A stretch of 46,841 bases of DNA from Lentisphaeria bacterium (lineage in GTDB: Bacteria; Verrucomicrobiota; Lentisphaeria; JABSQK01; JAWLHB01): the NCBI GenBank assembly GCA_041690595.1, contig JAWLHB010000004.1, forward strand, positions 248,001 to 294,841, in the 5' to 3' direction. Made by a program: the position numbers and the translations under genes. The notes under the pieces were generated by a model, which saw nothing but the letters and a program-made list of their open reading frames with translations, was not told the origin of the DNA and searched no databases. Of the stretch, positions 26,535 through 35,900 are shown one piece after another. Numbering within the stretch: position 1 is the stretch's first letter; each line of letters begins with the position of its first letter.

Positions 26535-27368
26535 TCAGCCTCCCTGAATGAGCATTTTGCGCTGACAGGCGAGCCAGAGGAGGCGTCCGGCGAGGAAGAG
26601 GATGGCGGCCCAGAAGAGCTGAACGGCCAGTGCCGCGGGCAGATCGGGCTTGGCGATGCGGCCGAGATAGATCGATAGGGGAACATAGGCGATGGACTCG
26701 AAGGGGAGGAGGGAACTGAGGGTCTGAAACCAGTGGGGAAACCAGTTGATCGGGATGAGCAAGCCACTGAAGAGTTCGATCATGAGGTTCTTGGAGTAGA
26801 GGATCTGTTCGATGGAGAGGAAGTAGATGGCGGTCAGACCGATGAGGAAATTGATGCCGAGGTAGACGGCGGCGCTGAGGCCGGTGCTGAGGATAAAGGC
26901 GCCCAGGTGCAGCCCACTTGCCGGCGCCTGCACCTTGAAGAGGAGAACGGTTGCCAGAAGCACCGGCGGGGTGAAGAGGATGACGCGAAAGAGACTCTGG
27001 CCGATGCCGCGGGCGTAGTTCATCAACTGCAGGTCGATCGGCTTGATCAGGTCCATGGCAATATGGCCGGTTCGCACCTCGGTGGCCAGGTCTCGGTCGA
27101 TGTAGTTGAGATAGAAGCTCTTGGAGACCCAGCCGATGGACACGTAGGTGAGCATGGCGTTCAGGTCGAAGCCCTGAATATCTCCAGTGCGGCTGGCGAA
27201 GAGCGATTTGTAGATGAAGTAGTAGACGGCGATATGGACAACGTAGGTGACCACGCCGATGTAATAGCGGGCGCGGAATGCCATCATGTTCTGGATCGAG
27301 ATGCGGAGGTATTCGAGGTAGATCTGGAGGCTGCCGCCGAGATGATGGAGGGTGAAGGCGCTTTTCAT
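26535..27368 (-). CDS. ABC-2 type transporter permease
   Basis: VRTGHIAMDLIKP, FSGLLIPINWFP, LPFESIAYVP, C-terminal IQGG. Confidence 0.9.
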   Translation of the reverse strand: MKSAFTLHHLGGSLQIYLEYLRISIQNMMAFRARYYIGVVTYVVHIAVYYFIYKSLFASRTGDIQGFDLNAMLTYVSIGWVSKSFYLNYIDRDLATEVRTGHIAMDLIKPIDLQLMNYARGIGQSLFRVILFTPPVLLATVLLFKVQAPASGLHLGAFILSTGLSAAVYLGINFLIGLTAIYFLSIEQILYSKNLMIELFSGLLIPINWFPHWFQTLSSLLPFESIAYVPLSIYLGRIAKPDLPAALAVQLFWAAILFLAGRLLWLACQRKMLIQGG

Positions 27369-28381
27369 CGTGCCACCGCCAGGCCGCGTCCTTCGTAGAT
27401 ATGGCCCACTATATCGTCAATGGACGGCTCCACGATCTGGATATCGCGCACAGGCACAGCCTGAATGAAGCGCCCGATCAGCTCCGTTGGGCGGAGTTGG
27501 AGCGGGTTGAAGGTGACGCGGATGTGCAGCGTATCGACTTCTTCCCAGACGAGAGCATCGCCCATATCCAGAGCGGCCTGCAGCAGCCCCAACTCCCGCG
27601 GTTCCTCGAGTTGGAAGATCACCTGCCGTTCGTTGGCGTATTTTTCGCGCAGCCCCTGAAGGGTGCCGTCATAGAGGATGATGCCATGGTCGATGATGAT
27701 GACGCGGCGGCAGAGTTTCTCGATCTCGTCGAGGTCGTGGGTGGTGAGGAGCATGGTGGTACCGAAGTCGCGGCTGATCCTGCCGAGGAATTCGCGGATG
27801 CGCAGTTTGCCGATGACGTCGAGGCCAATGGTGGGTTCGTCGAGGAATAGGATGCGGGGGTCGTGGAGGAGACTGGCGACAAGGTCGCACCGCATTCGCT
27901 GGCCGAGGGAGAGCTTGCGTACGGGAGTGTTGAGGAGTGGGCCGAGGTCGAGCATGTCGTTGAAGAGCTGCAGGCGCATATCGAAGTCGGCTTTCGGAAC
28001 CTGATAGACCTTCCGGAGGAGTTTGAAGGATTCGATGACGGCAATATCCCACCAGAGCTGGGTTCGTTGCCCGAAGACGACGCCGATGGTGCGGGTGTAG
28101 AGGTGACGCTGCCTGTAGGGGATGAAGTCGCCCACGCGAATGTTGCCGGCGGTGGGGGTAAGGATGCCGGTGAGCATCTTGATGGTGGTGCTTTTTCCCG
28201 CGCCGTTGGGACCGATATAGCCCACCAGTTCACCTGGCTGAATGGAGAAGGAGATATTGTCGACGGCGGTGACGGTCTGGTATTCTCGGTGAAAGAGATT
28301 GACGAAAGCGCCAGCCATGCCTTCGCGTCGCTTGAAGCTTCTATAGTCTTTGCAGAGGTTTTCGACTTCGATAAGGCTCAT
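27365..28381 (-). CDS. ABC transporter ATP-binding protein (NatA/COG4586-like)
   Basis: Walker A GPNGAGKST, signature LSLGQ, Walker B LFLDEP, VFGQRTQLWWD. Confidence 0.95.
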   Translation of the reverse strand: MSLIEVENLCKDYRSFKRREGMAGAFVNLFHREYQTVTAVDNISFSIQPGELVGYIGPNGAGKSTTIKMLTGILTPTAGNIRVGDFIPYRQRHLYTRTIGVVFGQRTQLWWDIAVIESFKLLRKVYQVPKADFDMRLQLFNDMLDLGPLLNTPVRKLSLGQRMRCDLVASLLHDPRILFLDEPTIGLDVIGKLRIREFLGRISRDFGTTMLLTTHDLDEIEKLCRRVIIIDHGIILYDGTLQGLREKYANERQVIFQLEEPRELGLLQAALDMGDALVWEEVDTLHIRVTFNPLQLRPTELIGRFIQAVPVRDIQIVEPSIDDIVGHIYEGRGLAVAR

Positions 28382-28428
28382 CGTTTCACTTGATCGGCGG
28401 TTGGTGAGGGCGGTTTGGGGGAATAATC

Positions 28429-28456
28429 AATCTAAGCGAAAGCGGCGTCAGGTCAA
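28429..28456 (-). promoter_or_regulatory. Putative sigma70 promoter of the ABC operon
   Basis: Minus strand TTGACC (28456-28451), 16 nt, TAGATT (28434-28429). Confidence 0.6.
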
Positions 28457-28573
28457 TAGGGGCAGCCAAGTTGCGGATGAATGTGGTGAGGAGGTGGGCG
28501 ACAAATAACGGCAAATGTCAGAGTTGCTCTTGCTTTGTCCGATCATTGAGGGCTACATTACGTCTATTACTAC

Positions 28574-28882
28574 GCTGAATGCGTGCGGGGCAACTCCATA
28601 CACGTCGCTAGTCGATGGGAGTTTTCCTGCATCAGCCATTTAGCAGGGCAGATTACGACCAGGATCAGAAAGTGGGTTTAAGGATCTACAATGATCGGGA
28701 CGAGAAGCTCATTCGATTTTCACGCCAGGCGGCGTGCGTGGGTTTGACCAGGAGGCAATCGTTCAGGGCACCTGTGTCTGGCTACCGGTCATACGGGAGC
28801 TCCTGAGCAATCTGGTGTATCTTTTCATGGATGGAGTGATAAAGCCTGAACCCCGGTTAACGATGCAAAGGGACTTAACCGG
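28574..28882 (+). promoter_or_regulatory. Long structured 5' leader upstream of the OmcB-like genes
   Basis: Helices GCTGAATG/CATTTAGC, TGCGGGG/TCCTGCA, AACTCC/GGAGTT (28574-28644), GTTCAGG/CCTGAAC (28761-28851), CCGGTTAA/TTAACCGG (28853-28882). Confidence 0.45.
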
Positions 28883-28940
28883 AAGTAGCGGTGAAAGAAG
28901 CAACCAAGACAGTAACCCCAATAGGAAGAGCGAGGTAAAC

Positions 28941-30374
28941 ATGTTGAAGCGAAACATCGTACGGACAATGGGCGCGGTAATGGCGTGGAGCCTGATGCTG
29001 CTGGGAATTAATCTGCAGGCGGCGGAGAGCAGTGTAACCACCGATCTGGTCAAGCTGACGAAATCAGCGCCAGCCAAGGTGGCCGTTGGCGAGACCTTTG
29101 CGGTGAGCTACACCGTGACGGCGCGCCAGGATCTCGCGAACGTGGTCGTAACGGACCAGATTCCGGCGGGAGCCGTGGTTGATCGCAGCGAGCCGCAAGG
29201 CGCGGTGCAGGGCAACCAGGTATCCTGGACGGTTGATACCATGAGCGCGGGCGATTCGCTGCTCATGCAGCTTTACCTGACGCCGCAGCAGGTTGGAAGT
29301 CTCGAAGGTTGTGCAACGGTCACCGCGGAACCGCGTGCCTGCGTCAGCGTCCTTGTCGGGCAGCCGGAGCTGGCCATCGTCAAGAATGGTCCAGCCCAAG
29401 CGATGCTGGGTTCGACGGTCGCGTATACGATTCAAGTGAGCAATACGGGTTCATCGACTGCAACCGACGTGGTGGTGACGGACACCGTTCCGGAAGGCAT
29501 GTCACATGCTTCCGGCAATCGTGAACTGGTGCACAATGTTGGAACCCTCGAGCCTGGCCAGAGCCGCAACGTGAGTGTCGAGCTTCGTGCCGATCAGCGT
29601 GGCGAGTTCTGCAACAAGGCAAGCGCGACGGCGGGCAATGCGAGCGCGGTGGATGCGTCGGCCTGCACGCTGGTTGTCGACCAGCAGCTGGAAGTTGTGA
29701 AGAGCGGCCCCGAGCGCCAGTTCCTCGGCAAGAATGCTGAATACAGTATTGTGATCTCGAACCCCGGCGACCTTGACCTCACCAACGTCGTGGTGGTCGA
29801 CACGGCGCCGGATGGCACGCAGATTGTATCGGCGGACGGTGCGCGGATCGAAGGCAATACCGCCACGTGGACCATTGCCACCTTAGCGGCGGGCGCGAAA
29901 GAGACGCGTACGGTCGTCCTGACCTCTCGTACAGTTGGTGAGCGTTGCAACAACGTCAATGTCGCCACGTCGGAAGGCTTGCGCGGCAAGAGCAGTGCGT
30001 GCACGCTGTGGCAGGGCTATCCCGCGCTGCTGATCGAAGTGGTCGATACGGTCGACCCACTGCAGCCTGGGGATTTCACCACCTATGTGATCACGGTTAC
30101 CAACCAAGGCACCGCCGCGGACGAGAACGTGAAGATCAAGGTTTCCTTCCCGGCCGAGACGACGCCGGTCGAAGCCACGGGCGACACCCAGATGACGATT
30201 GCCGGCAAAGTGGTGGATACGGCAGCGTATCCGATTCTCGAGCCGAAGCAGGTCATCGAGTGGAGAGTCCGTGCCGAAGCCGTTCAGGCGGGGGATTCCC
30301 GTATGAAGGTGGAGCTTACTTCCGGCCTGCTCACGCAGCCGGTTACGGAAGAAGAGAGTACTCAGGTTTACTAA
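28941..30374 (+). CDS. OmcB-like secreted protein with four DUF11 (Ig-like) repeats
   Basis: Signal peptide (..INLQA|AE); colinear with recalled chlamydial OmcB: GQPELAIVKNGP, HASGNREL, ISNPGDLDL, WQG...VVDTVDP, VTNQGTAAD, GDSR, terminal EESTQVY; SD GAGG before ATG 28941. Confidence 0.85.
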   Translation: MLKRNIVRTMGAVMAWSLMLLGINLQAAESSVTTDLVKLTKSAPAKVAVGETFAVSYTVTARQDLANVVVTDQIPAGAVVDRSEPQGAVQGNQVSWTVDTMSAGDSLLMQLYLTPQQVGSLEGCATVTAEPRACVSVLVGQPELAIVKNGPAQAMLGSTVAYTIQVSNTGSSTATDVVVTDTVPEGMSHASGNRELVHNVGTLEPGQSRNVSVELRADQRGEFCNKASATAGNASAVDASACTLVVDQQLEVVKSGPERQFLGKNAEYSIVISNPGDLDLTNVVVVDTAPDGTQIVSADGARIEGNTATWTIATLAAGAKETRTVVLTSRTVGERCNNVNVATSEGLRGKSSACTLWQGYPALLIEVVDTVDPLQPGDFTTYVITVTNQGTAADENVKIKVSFPAETTPVEATGDTQMTIAGKVVDTAAYPILEPKQVIEWRVRAEAVQAGDSRMKVELTSGLLTQPVTEEESTQVY

Positions 30375-30385
30375 TTCATTTCCCG

Positions 30386-30423
30386 TGGTCCCGGGGTAGT
30401 GCGTCAGCATTGCGCCGGGACCG
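30386..30423 (+). other. Intercistronic hairpin between the OmcB-like paralogues
   Basis: TGGTCCCGG-G-GTAGTGC-gtca-GCATTGC-G-CCGGGACCG; no U-tract. Confidence 0.65.
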
Positions 30424-30450
30424 CCGGAATAGCAGGACGAGGAGAAAATT

Positions 30451-32721
30451 ATGGTAGTTATGAAGAAGATGATCGCACTGCTCTGTGCGTCTCTTTTTGC
30501 GGTTGCCTTCAGCGCCTCGGCGCAAGGCCCCAGGAAGATAGCGCCGGGCAGTATGGAGACGACGGACTATTTGTATGTATTCGGACCTGGCGCGAGCAAG
30601 GATCAAGGGAAGGACGATTCACTGCAGATCGTCTTTTTCGAGCTTCCCGCTTCCGCAGGTGAGGTCGAATTGTTTGTCTGGGATCCGGGATCGGGAAGCC
30701 GCTTCGAGCGGGACCTCGGTCTCTACTTCTGGCGTTCGGTAAAGACGACGTTCACCGTGTATGGCGGTGAAGGCGCTTTATCCGCTCCGGAATCGCAGAG
30801 CTTGCGTCCGTCGGCGAATCAGCCGGGTCGTGAGTTGGCCAGTCAAACCTTCGGCAAGGGTGACAATGCCGGCGAGTGGGTTTCTCTTGGCACCTTCAAC
30901 AGCGCGGATGGCGAGGTAATCGGCAACAGTGCTTATCTGAAGCTGGTTGCGCATGGTGTCTCCGGCAGTGGCTCGAACTTCTTCAAGGTGGGCACGTCGG
31001 CAGCGAATGCGGAGATCTTCGCCTTCGACTTCACGTTGCACCTGCCGCCTGAGGACGAAGCGGTGATGAAGTTCAACGTGGCGGTTCCGGCAGGGGCCAG
31101 CGAGCTGATCGAGTCGAACTTCGATATGGACGATGCGAACGTTCCGACGCTGGCAGGGCATGATCTGCGCAGCTCGCTGTCCGGCAAGTGGCTGGATAAT
31201 CGGGTGCCGGTCTCGCCTGCCGAGACAGCTCGGATGATGCCGTACCAGATTCATCATGGAACGCAGGGCTATGCCAACGCGGGCTTCCACATCAGTGATG
31301 GTCAGGGGCGCCCGTTGGCCGTCTACTTCTCGACGACTGTTCTGCCCGGCAGGCCGGTTGAAGCGGCGGATGGAACCATCGACACCTCCCTGCTTCGCCT
31401 TACGAAGCGTATGCCCCCGAAGGCAGCGGTTGGCGAAGAGTTCGACGTAACGCTGACGCTGGACGCGAAGCAGACGATCGGCAATGTGCAGGTGATCGAC
31501 ATGCTGCCCGAGGGGCTGGAGCTGGTCAGTGCGGAGCCGCAGCCGCAGGTAAGCGGCACGACACTGGCTTGGCACTTCGACCGTCTCGAAGCTGGAGATC
31601 AGCGCGTCATCACCATGCGGGTTCGGCCGACGGCGGTGACGACGTATGAGAACTGCATCACGGTCACCGCGGAACCGCTGGTCTGCACCGTGACGATGGT
31701 GGGTCAGCCGGAACTTGCAATCGAGAAGACGGGCCCGGCGGAAGCGATCATCAACAGTGATATCGTCTACAGCATAACGGTCAAGAATACGGGCACGTTC
31801 ACGGCGAAGAATGTGGTAGTGGTCGACACGGTGCCGCAGGGACTGACGCATGCTTCCGGGCAGAACCAGTTGCGCTACGAGTTGGGTGACCTCGCGGAAG
31901 GGCAGGCCAAGCAGTTCGACGTGACGCTTCGTGCCGCCGAGCGGGGCCGCTTCTGCAATGTGGCGGACGCCAGTGCCGGTAATGCGGCCGATGCGAAGGC
32001 GGAAGCCTGCACGGTCGTGAAGCAGCCCGGTCTGACTGTGAAGAAGAGCGGACCTGCCGAGCAGTTCATCGGCAAGCAGGCCAGTTATACGATCGAGGTG
32101 GGCAATCCCGGCGATATCGACCTGATGAATGTGGTGGTTGTCGATACCGTTCCGGCAGGTACGCAGATTGTGTCGGCGCCCGGCGCGGAGATCGACGGCA
32201 ATCGGGTCACCTGGCGCTTCGATACGCTGCCCGCGGGCAAGAAGCTCACCAACCTGACGGTGGTGCTGACGTCCCGGGAACCGGGTAACCGTTGCAACGG
32301 CGTGAGCGTGGCGACAGCCGAGGGGCTGACGGAGTCGGACGAAGTCTGCACGCTCTGGCAGGGCTATCCGGCACTGCTGATCGAAGTGATCGACACCGTC
32401 GATCCTCTGCAGCCTGGCGAGGTGACGACCTACGAAATCATCGTCACGAATCAGGGCACAGCGGCGGACAAGAACATCAAGATCGTGGCGAACTTCCCGG
32501 CCGAGTTGACGCCGATGAGCGCCGCGGGCGACACACAGGGCACCATACAGGGTCAGAGCGTAGACTTCGCGGTCTACCCGACATTGGCCCCCAAGCAGAA
32601 GATCATCTGGCGCATACAGGCGAAAGCGGTGAAGAGCGGGGATGCGAGACCGAAGTTCAGTCTCACCTCGGCTCTTCTGCAGACGCCGGTAGTCGAAGAG
32701 GAGAGCACTCAGATCTATTGA
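30451..32721 (+). CDS. OmcB-like DUF11-repeat protein with an extra ~290-aa N-terminal domain
   Basis: Signal peptide (..SASA|QG); C-terminal ~440 aa paralogous to the preceding gene (CTLWQGYPALLIEV, EEESTQIY). Confidence 0.85.
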   Translation: MVVMKKMIALLCASLFAVAFSASAQGPRKIAPGSMETTDYLYVFGPGASKDQGKDDSLQIVFFELPASAGEVELFVWDPGSGSRFERDLGLYFWRSVKTTFTVYGGEGALSAPESQSLRPSANQPGRELASQTFGKGDNAGEWVSLGTFNSADGEVIGNSAYLKLVAHGVSGSGSNFFKVGTSAANAEIFAFDFTLHLPPEDEAVMKFNVAVPAGASELIESNFDMDDANVPTLAGHDLRSSLSGKWLDNRVPVSPAETARMMPYQIHHGTQGYANAGFHISDGQGRPLAVYFSTTVLPGRPVEAADGTIDTSLLRLTKRMPPKAAVGEEFDVTLTLDAKQTIGNVQVIDMLPEGLELVSAEPQPQVSGTTLAWHFDRLEAGDQRVITMRVRPTAVTTYENCITVTAEPLVCTVTMVGQPELAIEKTGPAEAIINSDIVYSITVKNTGTFTAKNVVVVDTVPQGLTHASGQNQLRYELGDLAEGQAKQFDVTLRAAERGRFCNVADASAGNAADAKAEACTVVKQPGLTVKKSGPAEQFIGKQASYTIEVGNPGDIDLMNVVVVDTVPAGTQIVSAPGAEIDGNRVTWRFDTLPAGKKLTNLTVVLTSREPGNRCNGVSVATAEGLTESDEVCTLWQGYPALLIEVIDTVDPLQPGEVTTYEIIVTNQGTAADKNIKIVANFPAELTPMSAAGDTQGTIQGQSVDFAVYPTLAPKQKIIWRIQAKAVKSGDARPKFSLTSALLQTPVVEEESTQIY

Positions 32722-32747
32722 GTGTGACCTGTTGATCGTATGATCAG

Positions 32748-32779
32748 GGCCAGCCGTCACTCGACGGCTGGCCTTTTTT
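32748..32779 (+). terminator. Rho-independent terminator of the OmcB-like operon
   Basis: GGCCAGCCGTC-actc-GACGGCTGGCC-TTTTTT. Confidence 0.93.
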
Positions 32780-32941
32780 ATGCCTATGCGGTGCGCGTTG
32801 GTTCGGGTTTACGATTCAATGGGAGGTTTTCTTTGAGAACAGGTTGATGACATGAGGGAGGTGGACTATTTTTGTGGAAAAGTCAGGATAGGTGAGGATC
32901 GACAGAATGACGTATGCCAGTGAAAGGCAAAGGTTGGCGGA

Positions 32942-35900
32942 GTGAAGTTGATGTCAGGAAAGCGTTGGTGGAGGAATGTGGTTGCAGGTTTGTTGCTGGC
33001 ACTACTGTGGGCGGTGGACGGTTATGGTTCGGATGCTGGTGAGTATGCGGATGATATTGAAGAGGGACGGTGGGTGGCGGCTGGGGTGAAGCTAGGTGGG
33101 TTGCTGAAGGGTGAGCTGTCGGAGCTGGATCGGGTGATCTTCACGTGCGATCTGGCGCTGGTGGAGCGGAAGAAGGGGGATGCGAAGGAGGGGCTGTCGG
33201 TTCTGGAGGGGTTGCCGGATGGGCTGAAGCGGCAGGCGCGGCCGCAACTGGAGAAGGGGCTGTGCCTGCAGGCCATGAAGCAAGACGTGGCGGCGGAATC
33301 GGTGCTGCTGCCGCTGACGGGGGTGGAGGAGAATCGGATCCGGCTGCCGGCGGGCTTGGCGCTGGCGCAGATGCTGATGGCGCGTGAGGAGTATGAGCAG
33401 GCGATTGACGCGTGCAATAAGGTTTTGACGGATGGACGTGGGGAGTCGTTGACGGGGATGCTGGAGGTGGTGACCGAGACGCGCAAGTTGTTGGAGCTGG
33501 CGACGGATGCTTTCGCGCTGAAGGTGCTGGGTGCGGATTACCAGATCTATCGCCGGGCGCGGATGGCACAGGCTAAGGGGGAGTATGCCGAGGCGATCGA
33601 GTTGTACAGCCAGATCAAGAAGAACCCGGTGTTGCTGGATGCGGCGCGCTGCTACATGGCGGAGTCGTTCTACCTGTGGGGCGAGGGGCGGAAGGGGGAG
33701 CGGCTTTACAAGGATTTCGTGGCGGGCAATGTATTTGGGCTCTATCGCGGGGAGGCTCGGCTGCATTGGGCGCGGTTCAGGCTGCTGGAGGAGTCGGGAG
33801 CGAGTTCGCTGCAGCAGGCGCGGCAGTTGTTGGAGGAGGCGAGCGAGTGGTTCGAGGTGGTGGGGGCGAAGTCGCCGCCGATCGATATAGGGGATGTGCA
33901 GTTGATGGTGAAGTATTTTCCGGCGCCGTCGCAGTTCACGCGTCCGGGCGATCTAGGTGGACTGGTGCGCAGTTATGCGGGGCCGGCGAGTATCCTGAAC
34001 CGGCTGACGGCACGCTGGTACATCCCGATGCATCACGTCCATGCGTTGTTGCTGCTCGGCTACACCTGTTTCGAGTTGGAAGATTACGAGGCGGCGGCGG
34101 CGGCACTGGACAAGGCGGTGGCGCTCAACCATGCCTACGGGCGGGCTTTCATGACTGACGAGGGGGCGCGCAGCCAACTGCATGCCGGCCTTGCCGCACG
34201 GAGCTTTCTGGTGCCGCGCAAGGCGTGGGATAAGGCAAGTGCGAAGCATGCGCGACGGCTGCACCTGGCTTGCTTCTACACAATGGCGGGGCAGTACGAC
34301 AGCGCCCTTGCGCTTTTCACGGAGACGATTCGGCGGGATGCGACCGAGCGTCTTCGCTCAGGTGATCTGTCTCTGGCGAACTATGGTCTGGCGCGCTGCC
34401 TCTTCGGGCAGGGAAAACTGGAGGATGCGGTCAAGCAGCTTTCTCCCTTCCAAGGGGATCTGCGGCGGGAGGAGCTGGCTGAAGAAGCGACGTTGCTGAT
34501 GGCGAACATTCTGGCGGGCAGTACGGGCAAGGGCTATGAGCAGGCGCGCATGCTTTATGCGGAGCTTGGGCGCCGTGGATCGTCGGTGGAGCTTCGTGCA
34601 CAGGCGTTGCTGTCGCTGGCGGTGACGGCCTGCAACCACGGAGAGAACGAGGTGGCGGTGAAGGTCTGTGCCGCGCTGATCAAGCACTATCCGGAGGCGG
34701 TACAGACGCCGGCGGCGCGGACGCTTGCGGCGCGACTGGCGGTGGGTAATGGGGTGGTTCGTGCGGGGTTGCCGCCGGCGGATCCGCCGGAGATCGTTAC
34801 GGAAGCGGGTCGTGTGGTACCGGTAAATGCGCACCTGATCCTGCCGGGGTCGAAGCGGCTTCACGACAATCCCGCCGCGCTCAAGGCCGCGGATCTGATG
34901 CGATACCAGGTGACCGCCTCGCCGCAGTCGGACTGCATCATCATCCGCGGCTTCACGGTGCGCTTCACGCCGTACGAGCCGCAGATCGAACCGGCGGTTG
35001 GGCGGCAGGCGCAGTTCATCCGAGCGCCGGTGCTTCTTCGGGAGACACTGTGGGCGGATCCGGTCACCCAGCCAGAACCGTATACGGTAAGCGAAGGTGG
35101 CGAGTTGCTCTTCTGGCAGGGCAAGCTCGACATGCTGCTCGGCAGCAAGGATTTCCGGGGGGCGGAGGCGCATGTGCGGAAGCTGCTGGACGATCCCAGG
35201 ACGAGCGGGGGTTACCTTCCGCTGTTGCGGGCCGACCTGGCCCGTGTTTATCGGCTTGGTGGCGCGCCCGAGAAGGGTGCCATGCTGATCGACAGCCTCG
35301 ACTTCAGCGTCCAGACGCAGCGGCGCGTGCGGCTCGAGCGTGGACTCATCGCGCTGGCGATGGGGGAGACGGCGAAGGCGGAGGAGCTGCTGACGCGCGC
35401 CCGGGAGGCGAACGAGCCGGAGATACGCGCTGTCGCGACGTGGCGGCTGGCGGAGATCGCTCATGGGAAGAAGGAGTATGGGCTTGCCGGCAAGCTGGCG
35501 GCGGAGGTGGTGCAGCAGGCTCGCGATGCATCGACAGCGGAGGTGAAGAGCTTCCTGGAACCGGCACGCGAGCTGATCGAGGCATCGCAGCGGGACGAGA
35601 TCGTGGGGTTACATGGTGAAGGGTACTGGCATTACAGGCAGGGGCGTATTGCGCAGTCGCGGGGGCGGCATGCGGAGGCGGTTGCCGCGTTCGAAAAGGT
35701 GAAGGAGAACGAGATCCTGAGTGAGGCGGCGGGGCTGTATCGCGCCATGGCGCTCGCGTCGCAGAATGATGCTCAAGGTGCCCGCAAGGCGTTCGAGACG
35801 GTGCTGGCCACGTGGCCGGACGGCTTCTATACGGGCGAAGCGCTGCTGGAGTGGGCAAGCATGGAGTACCTTGCCGCGAATGGCGAAGAGGGCGTGCGGC

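Noticed and set aside
28840..28900. GCAAAG...TAGCGG resemblance to a c-di-GMP-I riboswitch
   Set aside because: The P1/P2 layout with GNRA loop and receptor could not be built by eye; it needs cmscan
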